Counted from the first letter of the stretch, positions 20,111-31,742 are shown. The stretch is 64,000 nucleotides of DNA from Rhodanobacteraceae bacterium (GCA_035606235.1 DATNFU010000016.1:2397-66396), one strand, 5' to 3'. Made by a program: numbers and translations. Notes: generated by a model from the letters alone, not told the origin.

Positions 20111-21244
20111 TTACGCGGCATGGGCCTGCCCCGGTTGCGCGCCTTCCACGCGGCGGCGGAATTCGGCATGCCGGCGCGTGCGATCCAGCACCTGTCCCTT
20201 CAACTGGCCGCAGGCCGCATCGATATCGTCGCCGCGCGTGCGCCGCACCATCGCCTGCACGTCTGCATCCAGCAGGATCTTCTGGAATGCGCGAATCACG
20301 GTTTCATCGGAGCGCGTGTATTGCGTCCCAGGGAACGGATTGAACGGAATCAGGTTCACTTTCGCCGGCAGGCGGCGCATCAGCTTGACCAACTGCCTGG
20401 CAAGCTGCGGTGTATCGTTGATGCCCTGCATCAAGGTGTACTCGAAAGTGATCGTGGTGCGCGGACGCTTTGCCGCATAACGCGCGCAGGCATCCAGCAA
20501 TTGGTCGATCGGATATTTCTTGTTGAGCGGCACCAGTTGCGTGCGCAACTCGTCGTTGGGCGCGTGCAGGGATACCGCCAGCGACACATCGCTGACTTCC
20601 GACAACCTGTCGATCATCGGCACCAACCCGGCGGTGGAAAGCGTGACACGCTTGTTGGCGAGACCGAAGCCCAGATCGTCGCGCATCAGGTTCATCGCGC
20701 GCACGACATTGTCGAAGTTGAGCAGCGGCTCACCCATGCCCATCATCACCACGTTGGTGATGCGGCGCTGCTGGTGGGTGACGTTGCCGAGATGTTTGGC
20801 GGCGACCCAGACCTGGCCGATGATTTCGGCGGCCGAAAGATTGCGGTTGAAGCCCTGCATCCCGGTCGAGCAGAACGTGCAGTTCAGCGCGCAGCCAACC
20901 TGGGACGATACGCAAAGCGTGCCGCGCGTGGGTTCCGGGATGTACACCGTCTCGATCGCGTTGCCGCCATCCATGCCCAGCAACCATTTGTGGGTGCCGT
21001 CGCTGGAAGCTTTGTCCAGCAAGGCTTTGGGCGGGCCGACATACGCTGACCCGGTCAGCTTGGCGCGCAGCGACTTGCCGAGATCCGTCATTGCCTCGAA
21101 ATTGTCCTCGAGGCGATGGTGGATCCACTTCATCACCTGGTCGGCGCGATACGGCTTTTCGCCGAGCTGCGCGAAGAACTCGCGCAGCTCGTTGCGATCC
21201 AGGCCGAGCAGGTTTGTTTTCGCGCTAGCGGTGATCTGGTTCAT
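20111..21244 (-). CDS. rlmN: 23S rRNA/tRNA (adenine-C2)-methyltransferase, radical SAM
   Basis: [11 protein letters not shown] radical-SAM cluster motif, [11 protein letters not shown], and C-terminal DIDAACGQL. Confidence 0.96.
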   Translation of the reverse strand: MNQITASAKTNLLGLDRNELREFFAQLGEKPYRADQVMKWIHHRLEDNFEAMTDLGKSLRAKLTGSAYVGPPKALLDKASSDGTHKWLLGMDGGNAIETVYIPEPTRGTLCVSSQVGCALNCTFCSTGMQGFNRNLSAAEIIGQVWVAAKHLGNVTHQQRRITNVVMMGMGEPLLNFDNVVRAMNLMRDDLGFGLANKRVTLSTAGLVPMIDRLSEVSDVSLAVSLHAPNDELRTQLVPLNKKYPIDQLLDACARYAAKRPRTTITFEYTLMQGINDTPQLARQLVKLMRRLPAKVNLIPFNPFPGTQYTRSDETVIRAFQKILLDADVQAMVRRTRGDDIDAACGQLKGQVLDRTRRHAEFRRRVEGAQPGQAHAA

Positions 21245-21307
21245 TTGAAAGTGCGGACACGAATGTCTGCTTTTTGATCCTCGCGTCCACGGACGAACGC
21301 ATCGACA

Positions 21308-21727
21308 CTAAAAAACTTCTATATCGGCAAAGAAGTAACCGATCTCGAACTTCGCCGTTTCCGGCGCATCCGAACCATGCACCGCGTTGGCATCGATGCT
21401 CTGCGCGAAATCCGCGCGGATGGTGCCAGGCGCCGCGTCCTTGGGGTTGGTCGCGCCCATCAGTTCCCGGTTCCTAGCGATCGCGCCTTCACCTTGCAAC
21501 ACCTGAATCATCACCGGGCCCGAGATCATGAATTCGACCAGCGGTTTGAAGAACGGACGTTCGCGATGCACCGCGTAAAAGCCTTCGGCCTCCCCGCGTG
21601 ACAGCTGTTTCATTTTTGCCGCAATGATCTTCAATCCGGCTTGCTCGAAACGTGCGTAGATCTGCCCAATGACATTCTTCGCCACGGCATCGGGTTTGAT
21701 GATGGACAAGGTACGCTCGAGCGTCAT
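21308..21727 (-). CDS. ndk: Nucleoside-diphosphate kinase
   Basis: [12 protein letters not shown] ... NAVHGSDA active-site His motif. Confidence 0.97.
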   Translation of the reverse strand: MTLERTLSIIKPDAVAKNVIGQIYARFEQAGLKIIAAKMKQLSRGEAEGFYAVHRERPFFKPLVEFMISGPVMIQVLQGEGAIARNRELMGATNPKDAAPGTIRADFAQSIDANAVHGSDAPETAKFEIGYFFADIEVF

Positions 21728-21981
21728 GCAATTCCTCGCGGGTTCGTGTGGTTGAAATGATGGACGCGCCGATGCGGACGCGAATCCTCCGCATCCCTGC
21801 GCCGTCCCTGAAAGTCACTTTCCCCGCTGGCCCGAGATTACGACCAAAATCACGGCCAAATGCAGAGTTAGCTCACAAAATATTCGTTGATTCTAGCCCA
21901 ACCGCAAATTGTCCGCACCCTCGCCGAAGAGGCCGGCGTCGCGTCCTCCCGCGTTGACCCCAACGGCGGCCTCGCCTAGAC

Positions 21982-21999
21982 TTCAAACGATTGTTTGAA
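21982..21999. promoter_or_regulatory. Palindromic operator TTCAAAC-GATT-GTTTGAA matching the PsrA-type motif (C/G)AAAC-N2-4-GTTT(G/C)
   Basis: Perfect 7-nt inverted arms with a 4-nt spacer, about 75-90 nt upstream of the TetR gene start at 22073. Confidence 0.65.
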
Positions 22000-22072
22000 T
22001 GTTTGGTTTTCCGTTCCCCCGGAACGCGAGATCAAACAGCGGCGCCCTGTCCGCGCTCTTAAATTTCCGGCC

Positions 22073-22693
22073 ATGACCGATATCCCCGGCTTTTCGACCA
22101 AGCAGCGCATCCTCGAAGCTGCCGAGGATCTATTCGCAAAACACGGATTTGCGGGCGCTTCGCTGCGTCAGGTCACCACCGCCGCGAACGTCAACCTGGC
22201 CGCGGTCAACTATCATTTCGGCTCCAAGGAAAGGTTGATCGAGGAAGTGTTCCGGCGCCGCCTGGACGAACTCAACGCACGTCGTCTCGCGGCCCTGAAA
22301 CGGGTACTGGCCAAACCCGAACCCGCGCTGGAGGATGTGCTGGCCGCTTTCGTCAAACCTGCGCTGGAGTTGTCGCTGGATCGCAAGGGTGGCCCCGCCT
22401 TCGTACGTGTGCTGGCGCGCGCCTACGCCGAGCACAACGAGCGTCTGCGCAAGTTCCTCTCCGACAACTACGGTCACGTGCTGAAGGAATTCGCAGCGGC
22501 CTTCGCGCGATTGCTGCCGCAGTTGGACAAGGAAGAGCTGTACTGGCGGCTGGATATCGTGGCCGGAGCCCTGACCTACGCGATGGCGGATTTCGGTGTG
22601 ATCAAGCGCCGCAGCGGCCAATCCGAACGGGATTATCGCGAGCGCGCCGCGCAGCACCTGATCCGTTTCGCCGCAGCAGGGTTGCGGGAATGA
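22073..22693 (+). CDS. TetR/AcrR family transcriptional regulator (PsrA-like, fatty-acid degradation context)
   Basis: HTH ILEAAEDLFAKHGFAGASLRQVTTAANVNLAAVNYHFGSKE; immediately upstream of beta-oxidation genes. Confidence 0.85.
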   Translation: MTDIPGFSTKQRILEAAEDLFAKHGFAGASLRQVTTAANVNLAAVNYHFGSKERLIEEVFRRRLDELNARRLAALKRVLAKPEPALEDVLAAFVKPALELSLDRKGGPAFVRVLARAYAEHNERLRKFLSDNYGHVLKEFAAAFARLLPQLDKEELYWRLDIVAGALTYAMADFGVIKRRSGQSERDYRERAAQHLIRFAAAGLRE

Positions 22694-22774
22694 ACCTGCC
22701 TTGCGCGATCCGCATTGTCGTTTGGGCTTGTTGTCACTGTTCGTAAATTGCGCTGCTTCGCTTCGGAGATATTG

Positions 22775-25153
22775 ATGACTTCTGCCTCACTTCGCATTCG
22801 CAAAGCCGCCGTCCTGGGCGCAGGCGTGATGGGCGCGCAAATCGCCGCACACCTGACCAACGCCGGCGTTGAAACCGTGCTGTTCGATCTCGCTTCCAAA
22901 GAAGGTCCAAAGAATGGCATCGCGCTCAAGGCTGTCGCGAATCTCGCCAAGCTGTCGCCTGCGCCGCTGGCGCTCAAGTCGCTCGCAGGCGCGATCACGC
23001 CGGCCGATTACGACGAGAACCTGGACGAACTGAAGACCTGCGACCTGGTGATCGAGGCGATCGCCGAGCGGATGGACTGGAAGCTGGATCTCTATCGCAA
23101 GGTCGCGCCACACCTCCCGGCGCACGCCATCGTGGCCTCCAACACCTCCGGCCTTTCGATCAATACGCTCGCCGATGCGTTGCCGGAACAACTGCGCCAC
23201 CGCTTTTGCGGCGTGCATTTCTTCAACCCGCCGCGCTACATGCACTTGGTCGAATTGGTGCCAAACAGGGCTACCGACGCGGCGGTGCTGGCAGGCTTGG
23301 AAGCCTTCCTCACCACCACGCTGGGCAAGGGCGTGGTGTATGCGAAGGACACGCCGAATTTCATCGGCAACCGCATCGGCGTGTTCTCGATGCTGGCCAC
23401 CATGCACCACACCGCGCAGTTCAAGCTCGGCTTCGATACCGTGGATGCGCTGACCGGCCCGGCGATCGGCCGCCCGAAGTCGGCCACTTATCGCACCGCC
23501 GACGTGGTCGGGCTGGACACGATGGCGCACGTCATCAAGACCATGGCGGACACGCTGCCGGCTGATCCCTGGCATGCGCACTTCAAGTCGCCGGCCTGGC
23601 TTTCGAAGCTGATCGAAATGGGCGCGCTCGGCCAGAAGACCGGCGCGGGCGTTTACCGCAAGGCCGGCAAGGACATTCTGGTTCTCGATCTGCAGAAGCA
23701 GGATTACCGCGTTGCCGAGCAGAAAGCCTCGGATGAGGTCAGTGCAATCCTTGCCATCAAGGATCCTGCCGAGAAGTTTGCCAAACTGCGTGCGGGCAAT
23801 GATCCGCAGGCGCAGTTCCTGTGGGCGAGCTTCCGCGACCTGTTCCATTACAGCGCATTCCACCTGGCCGACATCGCCGAAACCGCGCGCGACGTGGATT
23901 TCGCGCTCCGCTGGGGTTACGGCTGGAAGCTCGGGCCTTTCGAAACCTGGCAGGCAGCCGGCTGGCAGCAAGTGGCGCAGTGGATCGAGGAAGACATCAA
24001 GGCCGGCAACGCGATGAGCGATGCCACACTTCCGGCCTGGGTGACGGATGGCCGCAAAGGCGTTTATACGGCCGAAGGCGCCTGGTCGCCGCGCGCCAAC
24101 AAAGCCCTGCCGCGTTCGACCGCGCCGGTCTATCGCCGGCAATTGTTCCCCGATCCGCTGATCGGAGAGAAGTTCGATCAGGGCAAGACGGTCTGGGAGA
24201 ACGATGGCGTGCGGCTGTGGACGCTGGGCGCCGGTGACATCGGCATCGTCTCGTTCAAGACCAAGATGAACACGGTCAATGACGCCGTGCTCGATGGCCT
24301 GCAGCGCGCCGTCGAGGAAAGCGAAAAGCAGCTCAAGGCAATGGTGATCTGGCAAGCCAGCGACAAGGCCTTCTCGGCCGGCGCCGATCTGAAGGGCGCG
24401 CTGGGCCTGCTTAAGGACGGCAAGGTCGCGCAACTGGAGGCGATGATCGCCAACTTCCAGCGCACCAGCATGCGCATGAAACATTCGCTGGTGCCGGTGG
24501 TCGCAGCGATCCGCGGCCTGGCGCTGGGTGGCGGCTGCGAATTCCAGATGCATTCGGCGCGCACGGTCGCGGCGCTGGAGAGCTACATCGGCCTGGTCGA
24601 GGCAGGCGTTGGCCTGCTGCCGGCCGGGGGCGGCTTGAAGGAAATCGCCGAACGCTGCGCGCGTGCGTCGCTGACCGACGATCCGTTCGATCAGGTGAAG
24701 AAGTACTTCGAAGTGGTCGCGATGGCGAAGACATCGACCAGCGCGCTGGAGGCGAAGGAACTGGGGCTGCTGCGCGAATCGGACATCGTCGTGTTCAACG
24801 CGCACGAACTGTTGTACGTGGCGAAGAACGTGGCGAATTCGCTGGCGGAATCCAGCTGGCGCCCGCCGCTGCCCGCGCGCGATATCACGATTGCCGGCGA
24901 CGTCGGCACCGCCACGATCAAGGCGCAACTCGTCAACATGCTGGCCGGACGCTTCATCTCCGAACACGACATGGAGATCGCCACCCGCATCGCCGACACG
25001 TTGTGCGGCGGCCAGATCGAGCGCGGCTCGAAGGTGGATGCGCAATGGCTGCTGGATCTGGAGCGCCGCCATTTCATCGAACTGGCGCAGATGCCGAAGA
25101 CCCAGGAACGCATCGCGCACACCATGACCACCGGGAAACCGCTCAGAAACTGA
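22775..25153 (+). CDS. 3-hydroxyacyl-CoA dehydrogenase / enoyl-CoA hydratase family multifunctional protein (dehydrogenase N-terminal type)
   Basis: 792 aa from MTSASLRIRKAAVLGAGVMGAQIAAHL (NAD fold); C-terminal crotonase part FSAGADLKG ... ALGGGCE. GGAG lies before ATG 22775. Confidence 0.9.
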   Translation: MTSASLRIRKAAVLGAGVMGAQIAAHLTNAGVETVLFDLASKEGPKNGIALKAVANLAKLSPAPLALKSLAGAITPADYDENLDELKTCDLVIEAIAERMDWKLDLYRKVAPHLPAHAIVASNTSGLSINTLADALPEQLRHRFCGVHFFNPPRYMHLVELVPNRATDAAVLAGLEAFLTTTLGKGVVYAKDTPNFIGNRIGVFSMLATMHHTAQFKLGFDTVDALTGPAIGRPKSATYRTADVVGLDTMAHVIKTMADTLPADPWHAHFKSPAWLSKLIEMGALGQKTGAGVYRKAGKDILVLDLQKQDYRVAEQKASDEVSAILAIKDPAEKFAKLRAGNDPQAQFLWASFRDLFHYSAFHLADIAETARDVDFALRWGYGWKLGPFETWQAAGWQQVAQWIEEDIKAGNAMSDATLPAWVTDGRKGVYTAEGAWSPRANKALPRSTAPVYRRQLFPDPLIGEKFDQGKTVWENDGVRLWTLGAGDIGIVSFKTKMNTVNDAVLDGLQRAVEESEKQLKAMVIWQASDKAFSAGADLKGALGLLKDGKVAQLEAMIANFQRTSMRMKHSLVPVVAAIRGLALGGGCEFQMHSARTVAALESYIGLVEAGVGLLPAGGGLKEIAERCARASLTDDPFDQVKKYFEVVAMAKTSTSALEAKELGLLRESDIVVFNAHELLYVAKNVANSLAESSWRPPLPARDITIAGDVGTATIKAQLVNMLAGRFISEHDMEIATRIADTLCGGQIERGSKVDAQWLLDLERRHFIELAQMPKTQERIAHTMTTGKPLRN

Positions 25154-25247
25154 GTGAGGTGGGAGGAGTAATGCCGGAGGCGCAAAAGCGCCGGCTTTCT
25201 CGCCTCCCTCCTCCCGCATCCCGCTTTGCCATTGAGAGAAGAAGACC

Positions 25248-26440
<1,193 letters not shown>

Positions 26441-26444
<4 letters not shown>

Positions 26445-26926
26445 ATAATCAACGCGAACACGAACACGCCGAGCATGGTGAAGGACAGCGCCAGCTTGGC
26501 GATCGTGCCGAACAGCAGCCCGATCCACGTCGCGACGCCCACGCGCGTGGAATGCTCCAGCCGTGAGCCGCTGGTGAGCTGACCGATCACCGCCCCGATG
26601 AAAGGTCCCAGGATCAGGCCCGGGATGCCGAAGAAGATTCCCACGACCGCGCCGAAGAACGCGCCCCATTGCGCGCGTGCGCTGGCGCCCACGCGCCTGG
26701 CGCCGAGCGCGCCCGCGATGAAATCCAGCGCGATCGAGATCGCGGCGAGAATGCCGAGCAGGATCAGCATGGCGAAGCCAACCCGCTCGTAATGTCCGGC
26801 CCAGGCGGCCAGCCACATGCCGCCGAACATGATCGGCACCCCGGGCAGGATTGGCAGTACGGTCCCGACGAGGCCCGCCGCGATCAGGACGCCGGCGATG
26901 ACGTACCAGAGGATGGTGAGCTCCAT
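26441..26926 (-). CDS. DUF456 domain-containing membrane protein
   Basis: 161 aa from MELTILWYVIAGVLIAAG; about 4 TM helices and the G-rich FFGIPGLILGPFIGAVIG pattern. Confidence 0.7.
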
Positions 26927-27034
26927 GCGCGGCAGCATAATGGCGGATACGACGACCCGCCTTGTCGAATCCGACCCTCTCCGTTCGTCGTCCAGACAAG
27001 AGCGCGTAGTCCGCGCCTCATCAAGGAGAACGAA

Positions 27035-27451
27035 ATGCGATTCATGGTGATCGTCAAGGCCGGCAAGGACAGCGAAGCCGGCGTGATGCCAAGTACAGAC
27101 CTGCTCGCGGCGATGGGCAAATACAACGAGGAGCTGGTCAAGGCCGGCGTGATGCTGGCCGGCGAAGGTCTGGCGCCTAGCTCTAAAGGCGTGCGCGTCA
27201 AGTTCGAAGGCAGCAAGCGCACCGTCACCGATGGCCCGTTCGCCGAAACCAAGGAACTGATCGCCGGGTTCTGGCTGTGGCAGTGCAAATCCAGGGAGGA
27301 AGCCATCGAGTGGCTGAAGCGTGCGCCCTTCGATGGCGGCACTGAAATCGAGATCCGGCAGGTGTTCGAGGCCGAGGATTTCGGCGAGGAGCTCACGCCG
27401 GAGCTGCGCGAACAGGAGCAGCGCCTGCGCGAGCAGATCGCCCGGCAATGA
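27035..27451 (+). CDS. YciI-family (DGPF domain) protein
   Basis: 138 aa, MRFMVIVKA...VTDGPFAETKELIAGFWLW; AAGGAG before the ATG. Confidence 0.8.
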   Translation: MRFMVIVKAGKDSEAGVMPSTDLLAAMGKYNEELVKAGVMLAGEGLAPSSKGVRVKFEGSKRTVTDGPFAETKELIAGFWLWQCKSREEAIEWLKRAPFDGGTEIEIRQVFEAEDFGEELTPELREQEQRLREQIARQ

Positions 27452-27500
27452 AGCGGCGGGGAACGCGACGCCTGCCAGCCGCCGCGTTCCCGCCGACGGA

Positions 27501-28277
27501 TTACCCCTGTGGTTGAACCGGTGCCGCGGGTTTGACTGCCCGCCTGGGCCGCGGCCACGGGCAGATCATCGGCACTTCGTGCTGGTAGCGCCGGTAATCC
27601 TCGCCGTGCGCCACGACCAGATCGCGCTCCTCAAAGAATTTCACCGCGATCAGGATGTAACCCGTGGTCGCGATCGCGAACAACAGGTGACTCGTCGTCA
27701 TCCGCGGCGTTGCCCAGAACGCGATCACGAAGCCGAGCATCAAGGGATGCCGCACCATCTGATAATAAAAATGCTTCTTGAACACGAGTGGCGTGTAGGC
27801 CTTGCCGCGCACGGCAAGCCAGGCCTGGCGAAGGCCGAACAGGTCGAAGTGATTGATCACGAAGGTGCCGCTCAGCACCAGCAGCCAGCCGAAGGCGCAT
27901 AGCGCGTACAGCAGGTACACAGCCCAGTCCGGCTGCACGGTCCAGATCACGCCGGGCAGCGGCCGCCATTGCCAGTACAGCAGGATCAGCGCCGCGCTGG
28001 ACAGCAGCACGAACGTGCTGCGCTCGGCGGATTCCGGCAGCCATGAAGTGAGCCAGCGCTTGAAGCCGCGTCGCGCCATGCCGCTGTGCTGGACCGCGAA
28101 GATGCCCAGCAACACCGCGTCAATCACGACCGCCATCGCGAGGGTTCCCGTCGCGTAGCCGCGATCTACCGTGTGTGGCACGCCGATATCCGCCACGAAG
28201 GCGATCGCGTACAGGAACGTCAGGAAGAACACCAGATAGCAAATCACGCCGTACAGGAACACCAGGACACCGCGCAT
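27501..28277 (-). CDS. Membrane methyltransferase of the ICMT/PEMT superfamily (MddA-like candidate)
   Basis: 258 aa, multi-TM; C-terminal VRHPLMLGF...FEERDLVAHGEDYRRYQHEVPM signature; AAGGAG before ATG 28277. Confidence 0.7.
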   Translation of the reverse strand: MRGVLVFLYGVICYLVFFLTFLYAIAFVADIGVPHTVDRGYATGTLAMAVVIDAVLLGIFAVQHSGMARRGFKRWLTSWLPESAERSTFVLLSSAALILLYWQWRPLPGVIWTVQPDWAVYLLYALCAFGWLLVLSGTFVINHFDLFGLRQAWLAVRGKAYTPLVFKKHFYYQMVRHPLMLGFVIAFWATPRMTTSHLLFAIATTGYILIAVKFFEERDLVVAHGEDYRRYQHEVPMICPWPRPRRAVKPAAPVQPQG

Positions 28278-28422
28278 GACCGTTCTCCTTTGCCGGGGCC
28301 GCTGCGCACAGTGTGCGCCGCTTTTTTTTCGGAGGTGGGGTAATGCAGGAGAACACCGGATACGGGCGAATTGCGACATGCCGCCCGCGAGCATGATTGC
28401 GCTCGCGGGCGGCCCTGGCAGA

Positions 28423-30180
28423 TCACTGGCCGGACTTGGAAGCCAGCTTCGTGCCGCCGGTTTGCCGGATGAACGTGGCTACCGGCGCGGCGTTGTTGTA
28501 ATCGTCCGAGTAGACCACCATCTCGCTGCCGTCCAGATACAGGCCCGGTGCGAAATATTCGGCGAGGTTGCGGGTTCCGCTGGCGCAGCCGGTGCCGTTG
28601 GTGCAGATCGCGCCCTGGTGCATCACGCCGGTCGCGGCGGTTTGCGCGAAGGTTGGAATGGACGCGAGCGCATTTTGCGATTGCGCGAAGTACACCTTCC
28701 ATTGCGCCGTGGCGTCGTTATTGCTGAGCGCCGGAGTGCCCCACCAGGTGATATCCACCGCACCCGATGGGCCTGCGGTTACCCAGGGGCCGATCACGCT
28801 CTTGGTACCCGAGCCATTGGACACGCGTACCGGAGTGCTCCAGGTCGCCCCATGATCCCGCGATGAGGTGAGATACGCGGCGTGGCTGTCGGAATAAGCA
28901 ATGTACAGATTGCCCGCCTGATCGATCGCCAGCGAGGGGAATACGTTCACCATCGAAACGGTGTTGGCGTGAACCAGCTTCACATCGAAGTTGAGCCCGC
29001 CATTGGTGGAACGCGCGATATAGAGGTTGTTGCCGGTGTCATCGAAGAACACCGTGTAGACGTAACCATTGTTCGGATCCACTTCGATGTTGCCCTGATC
29101 GCCGGGCTGCACGCCAACGCTCGGCGTGGTCACTTCGGTGACTTGCGGGAAGGTAATGCCGCCGTCAAACGACTTCACGACAAACAGGCTGACCGTTCCG
29201 TTCAGCGCGGCGCCGAGTTGCTTGGTGGTGAGATAGACCACGTTGTTGCCGTAGCTCGCGATCCACTGGCGATCCACGATGGGCTCATCGGTCGACAGCG
29301 GATTCACGACCCAGGTGCTGCCGCCGTTGAAGGAATTGCTTTGCGTGGCCGAACCCAGCCACAACGAGGTCACGTATACGTTGCCAGAGGTTCCGATTGC
29401 GAGATCCTCGTCACCGCCACCCAGGCCACCGCCGCGCGCAACAGCCGATGCGGCCTGCGCACCATCGGGCTGGCCGAGATAGGTGAAGGTCTTGCCGCCG
29501 TCCATGGATTTCCACGCATCGGTGCCGGCGGGGATGCCCTGGATCGCCGCCGCGTAGATGTTGCCAAGCGAGTCGGCTTTCACCCGCGGTTCGATGCCTT
29601 GCACGCTGAAAGCAAGATCCGCGGGTCCGGGCAAGGTGAGCGGCGCACTGAAGGCGAACTTGCCGGATTTGTAGCGCGCGGTGCCGGTCGGTGAAATCGG
29701 CTCGGGCGCCACGGTCGCCGTGCCTGAGTAAGTCGAATTCGCCACCGCGAAGGCAACCACTTGCACCGTGTAGGTGCCGGCCGCGAGTTGGCCGCAATCG
29801 GCAAGTTCGGAAGCCTGACCCGTGGTGGCGTTGCTGTTGCCGGACGAGCAAACCGTGTTGCCGTTGGCGTCGTTGACGTTGAGATCGAAATCGTTGGTGC
29901 TGCTGGCCCAGGTGATGCCCACCTTCACCGCGTAGCCCGGGTTCGCCGCGTAAAAGGTGCTCGGCACATTTACGGTCAGCGTGTAGGTGTCGCAGGTCAG
30001 CGTGGTGCACGCGGCCGGGTCGGCCGTCGCCCCGGTGTATGGGCCGCCGCTCCATGTGAGGATGGACGTCTGCCCTGAAGCGGGTGCGTTGAGCGTGCCG
30101 GCGGCCGGTGTTGCGGCCCAGAGAGATGCGGGAAAGCCCGCCGACAGTGCCAATATCAATACCAACCTGCGAGCGTCCAT
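28423..30180 (-). CDS. Secreted BNR/Asp-box repeat beta-propeller protein (sialidase/glycosidase-like) with an N-terminal beta-sandwich domain
   Basis: Signal peptide MDARRLVLILALSAGFPASLWA; Asp-box-like repeats SMDGGKTF, SFNGGSTW, SFDGGITF, STNGGLNF and SRDHGATW. Confidence 0.75.
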   Translation of the reverse strand: MDARRLVLILALSAGFPASLWAATPAAGTLNAPASGQTSILTWSGGPYTGATADPAACTTLTCDTYTLTVNVPSTFYAANPGYAVKVGITWASSTNDFDLNVNDANGNTVCSSGNSNATTGQASELADCGQLAAGTYTVQVVAFAVANSTYSGTATVAPEPISPTGTARYKSGKFAFSAPLTLPGPADLAFSVQGIEPRVKADSLGNIYAAAIQGIPAGTDAWKSMDGGKTFTYLGQPDGAQAASAVARGGGLGGGDEDLAIGTSGNVYVTSLWLGSATQSNSFNGGSTWVVNPLSTDEPIVDRQWIASYGNNVVYLTTKQLGAALNGTVSLFVVKSFDGGITFPQVTEVTTPSVGVQPGDQGNIEVDPNNGYVYTVFFDDTGNNLYIARSTNGGLNFDVKLVHANTVSMVNVFPSLAIDQAGNLYIAYSDSHAAYLTSSRDHGATWSTPVRVSNGSGTKSVIGPWVTAGPSGAVDITWWGTPALSNNDATAQWKVYFAQSQNALASIPTFAQTAATGVMHQGAICTNGTGCASGTRNLAEYFAPGLYLDGSEMVVYSDDYNNAAPVATFIRQTGGTKLASKSGQ

Positions 30181-30308
30181 GCGTGCGGTCTCCTTTGTGG
30201 AACGATGAAGGTAGCACGCAGATTTGTCGTGCCGGGGTGAAACCGATCACGATTGCCGGCTCTGTACGCGACCGCATTCACAAGCGACTCATGTTGAAGC
30301 GCTCCGCC

Positions 30309-31595
30309 TCACCCCCGCAGGCTTTCCTTCAACCAGTCCCTCGACTGCAGCCACCAGTAATTTGCCTGCGCGGCGAGATAACCGAAGGGTTTGTGGCTGC
30401 GGCTCAAACCGAAACCTGAAAACGCGCGCCAGCTTTCATCGTGATGTGCAATCGCATCCGCAAGCAACTCCCCGGCCGCCGCAGTGGGCGCGGCGCCGTG
30501 GCCGCCGAAAGCCTGCATCCACCACAGCCCGTCGCCACATGTGCCGAGTTGCGGCATCTGATGGCGCGCGTAGCTCATCAACCCGGACCAGGCGTACTCG
30601 ATGCGCACGCCGTTGAGTTGCGGAAAAACCCGCAGCAGATCGCGCATCAGCAATTTCTGCACCGCGCGGGGCGAACGATCGCGCACGGAAATGCGCCCGC
30701 CCCACAGCAACCTCGTGTCGTTCAATGCACGGTAATAGTCGAACGCGAAACGCGTGTCGTAGATTGCCGCCTGCGTGCGCAGGCACTCACGCATGCGCTC
30801 GCCAAGCGGTTCGGTTGTCATCACGTAAGTGGCGATCGGCAGCACCGCGCGATCCACTTCGCGTTTCAAATTTGCCAGATATCCGCCGCACGCAAGCACG
30901 ATCACCGGTGCGCGCACTGCTCCTGCATCGGTGTGGATGCACCAATCCGCCCCCTCGCGCCGAACACGCAGGGCGCGGCTGTGTTCGTGCAGAGAGACAC
31001 CCTGGCCTGCGGCTGCGCGTGCGAGTCCGTTGACATAGTTCAATGGATGCAAGTGCAATGCGTTGCGTTCGAACAAGGCATCCGAATAACGTTCGCTCTG
31101 AATCGCTTCGCGCACACGCTCGCGCGGCCACCACTCCCAGTTGACACCATAATGTTCGGCCAGCAACCGCTGGCGCTCGCGCAGGATATCCGGGTCGCGA
31201 AACCAGTTCGCCCAGATCACGCCAGCATCCGTCACGTCGCATTGAATCGCGTAACGTGCGATGCGCCCGCGGATCAGGTTGACCGCAGCCACGGTACGTG
31301 CGTACAAGTCCCGCGCGCCCTGCTCGCCCAGTCGATCCAGCAGCGACTGTTCACCGAGCGAATAGCCGGCGAATACGAAGCCTCCGTTGCGGCCGGAGGC
31401 GCCATGCCCCATGGATTCGCTTTCCAGCAACACGACGTCGCGCACGCCGCGCTCGGCCAGACCCAGCGCGAGATTCACGCCGGCATAACCTCCGCCCACT
31501 ATGGCCACGCGCGCTTCGTGCGTGCCGCTCAGCGGCGGGAACGCTTCGCCGGGATTCGCGGTGGCGCGGTAATAAGTTTCGCCCGCTGTCTGCAT
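30309..31595 (-). CDS. FAD-dependent oxidoreductase (DAO family, gamma-glutamylputrescine-oxidase-like)
   Basis: VAIVGGGYAGVNLALGLAERG dinucleotide fold; 428 aa. Confidence 0.8.
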   Translation of the reverse strand: MQTAGETYYRATANPGEAFPPLSGTHEARVAIVGGGYAGVNLALGLAERGVRDVVLLESESMGHGASGRNGGFVFAGYSLGEQSLLDRLGEQGARDLYARTVAAVNLIRGRIARYAIQCDVTDAGVIWANWFRDPDILRERQRLLAEHYGVNWEWWPRERVREAIQSERYSDALFERNALHLHPLNYVNGLARAAAGQGVSLHEHSRALRVRREGADWCIHTDAGAVRAPVIVLACGGYLANLKREVDRAVLPIATYVMTTEPLGERMRECLRTQAAIYDTRFAFDYYRALNDTRLLWGGRISVRDRSPRAVQKLLMRDLLRVFPQLNGVRIEYAWSGLMSYARHQMPQLGTCGDGLWWMQAFGGHGAAPTAAAGELLADAIAHHDESWRAFSGFGLSRSHKPFGYLAAQANYWWLQSRDWLKESLRG

Positions 31596-31742
31596 GGACG
31601 TTTCTCGCCGGCAGTGCGCCGATGCCTGAATCCCGAGTCGATCGAAGGGTGGAGAGAAAACAGCCAGCGAACGAACGTAATGAAAACAAATGGACTAAGC
31701 GATTTCTCTGCTTCTGATTTGCGCATTCGAGCTTATCGCGGA

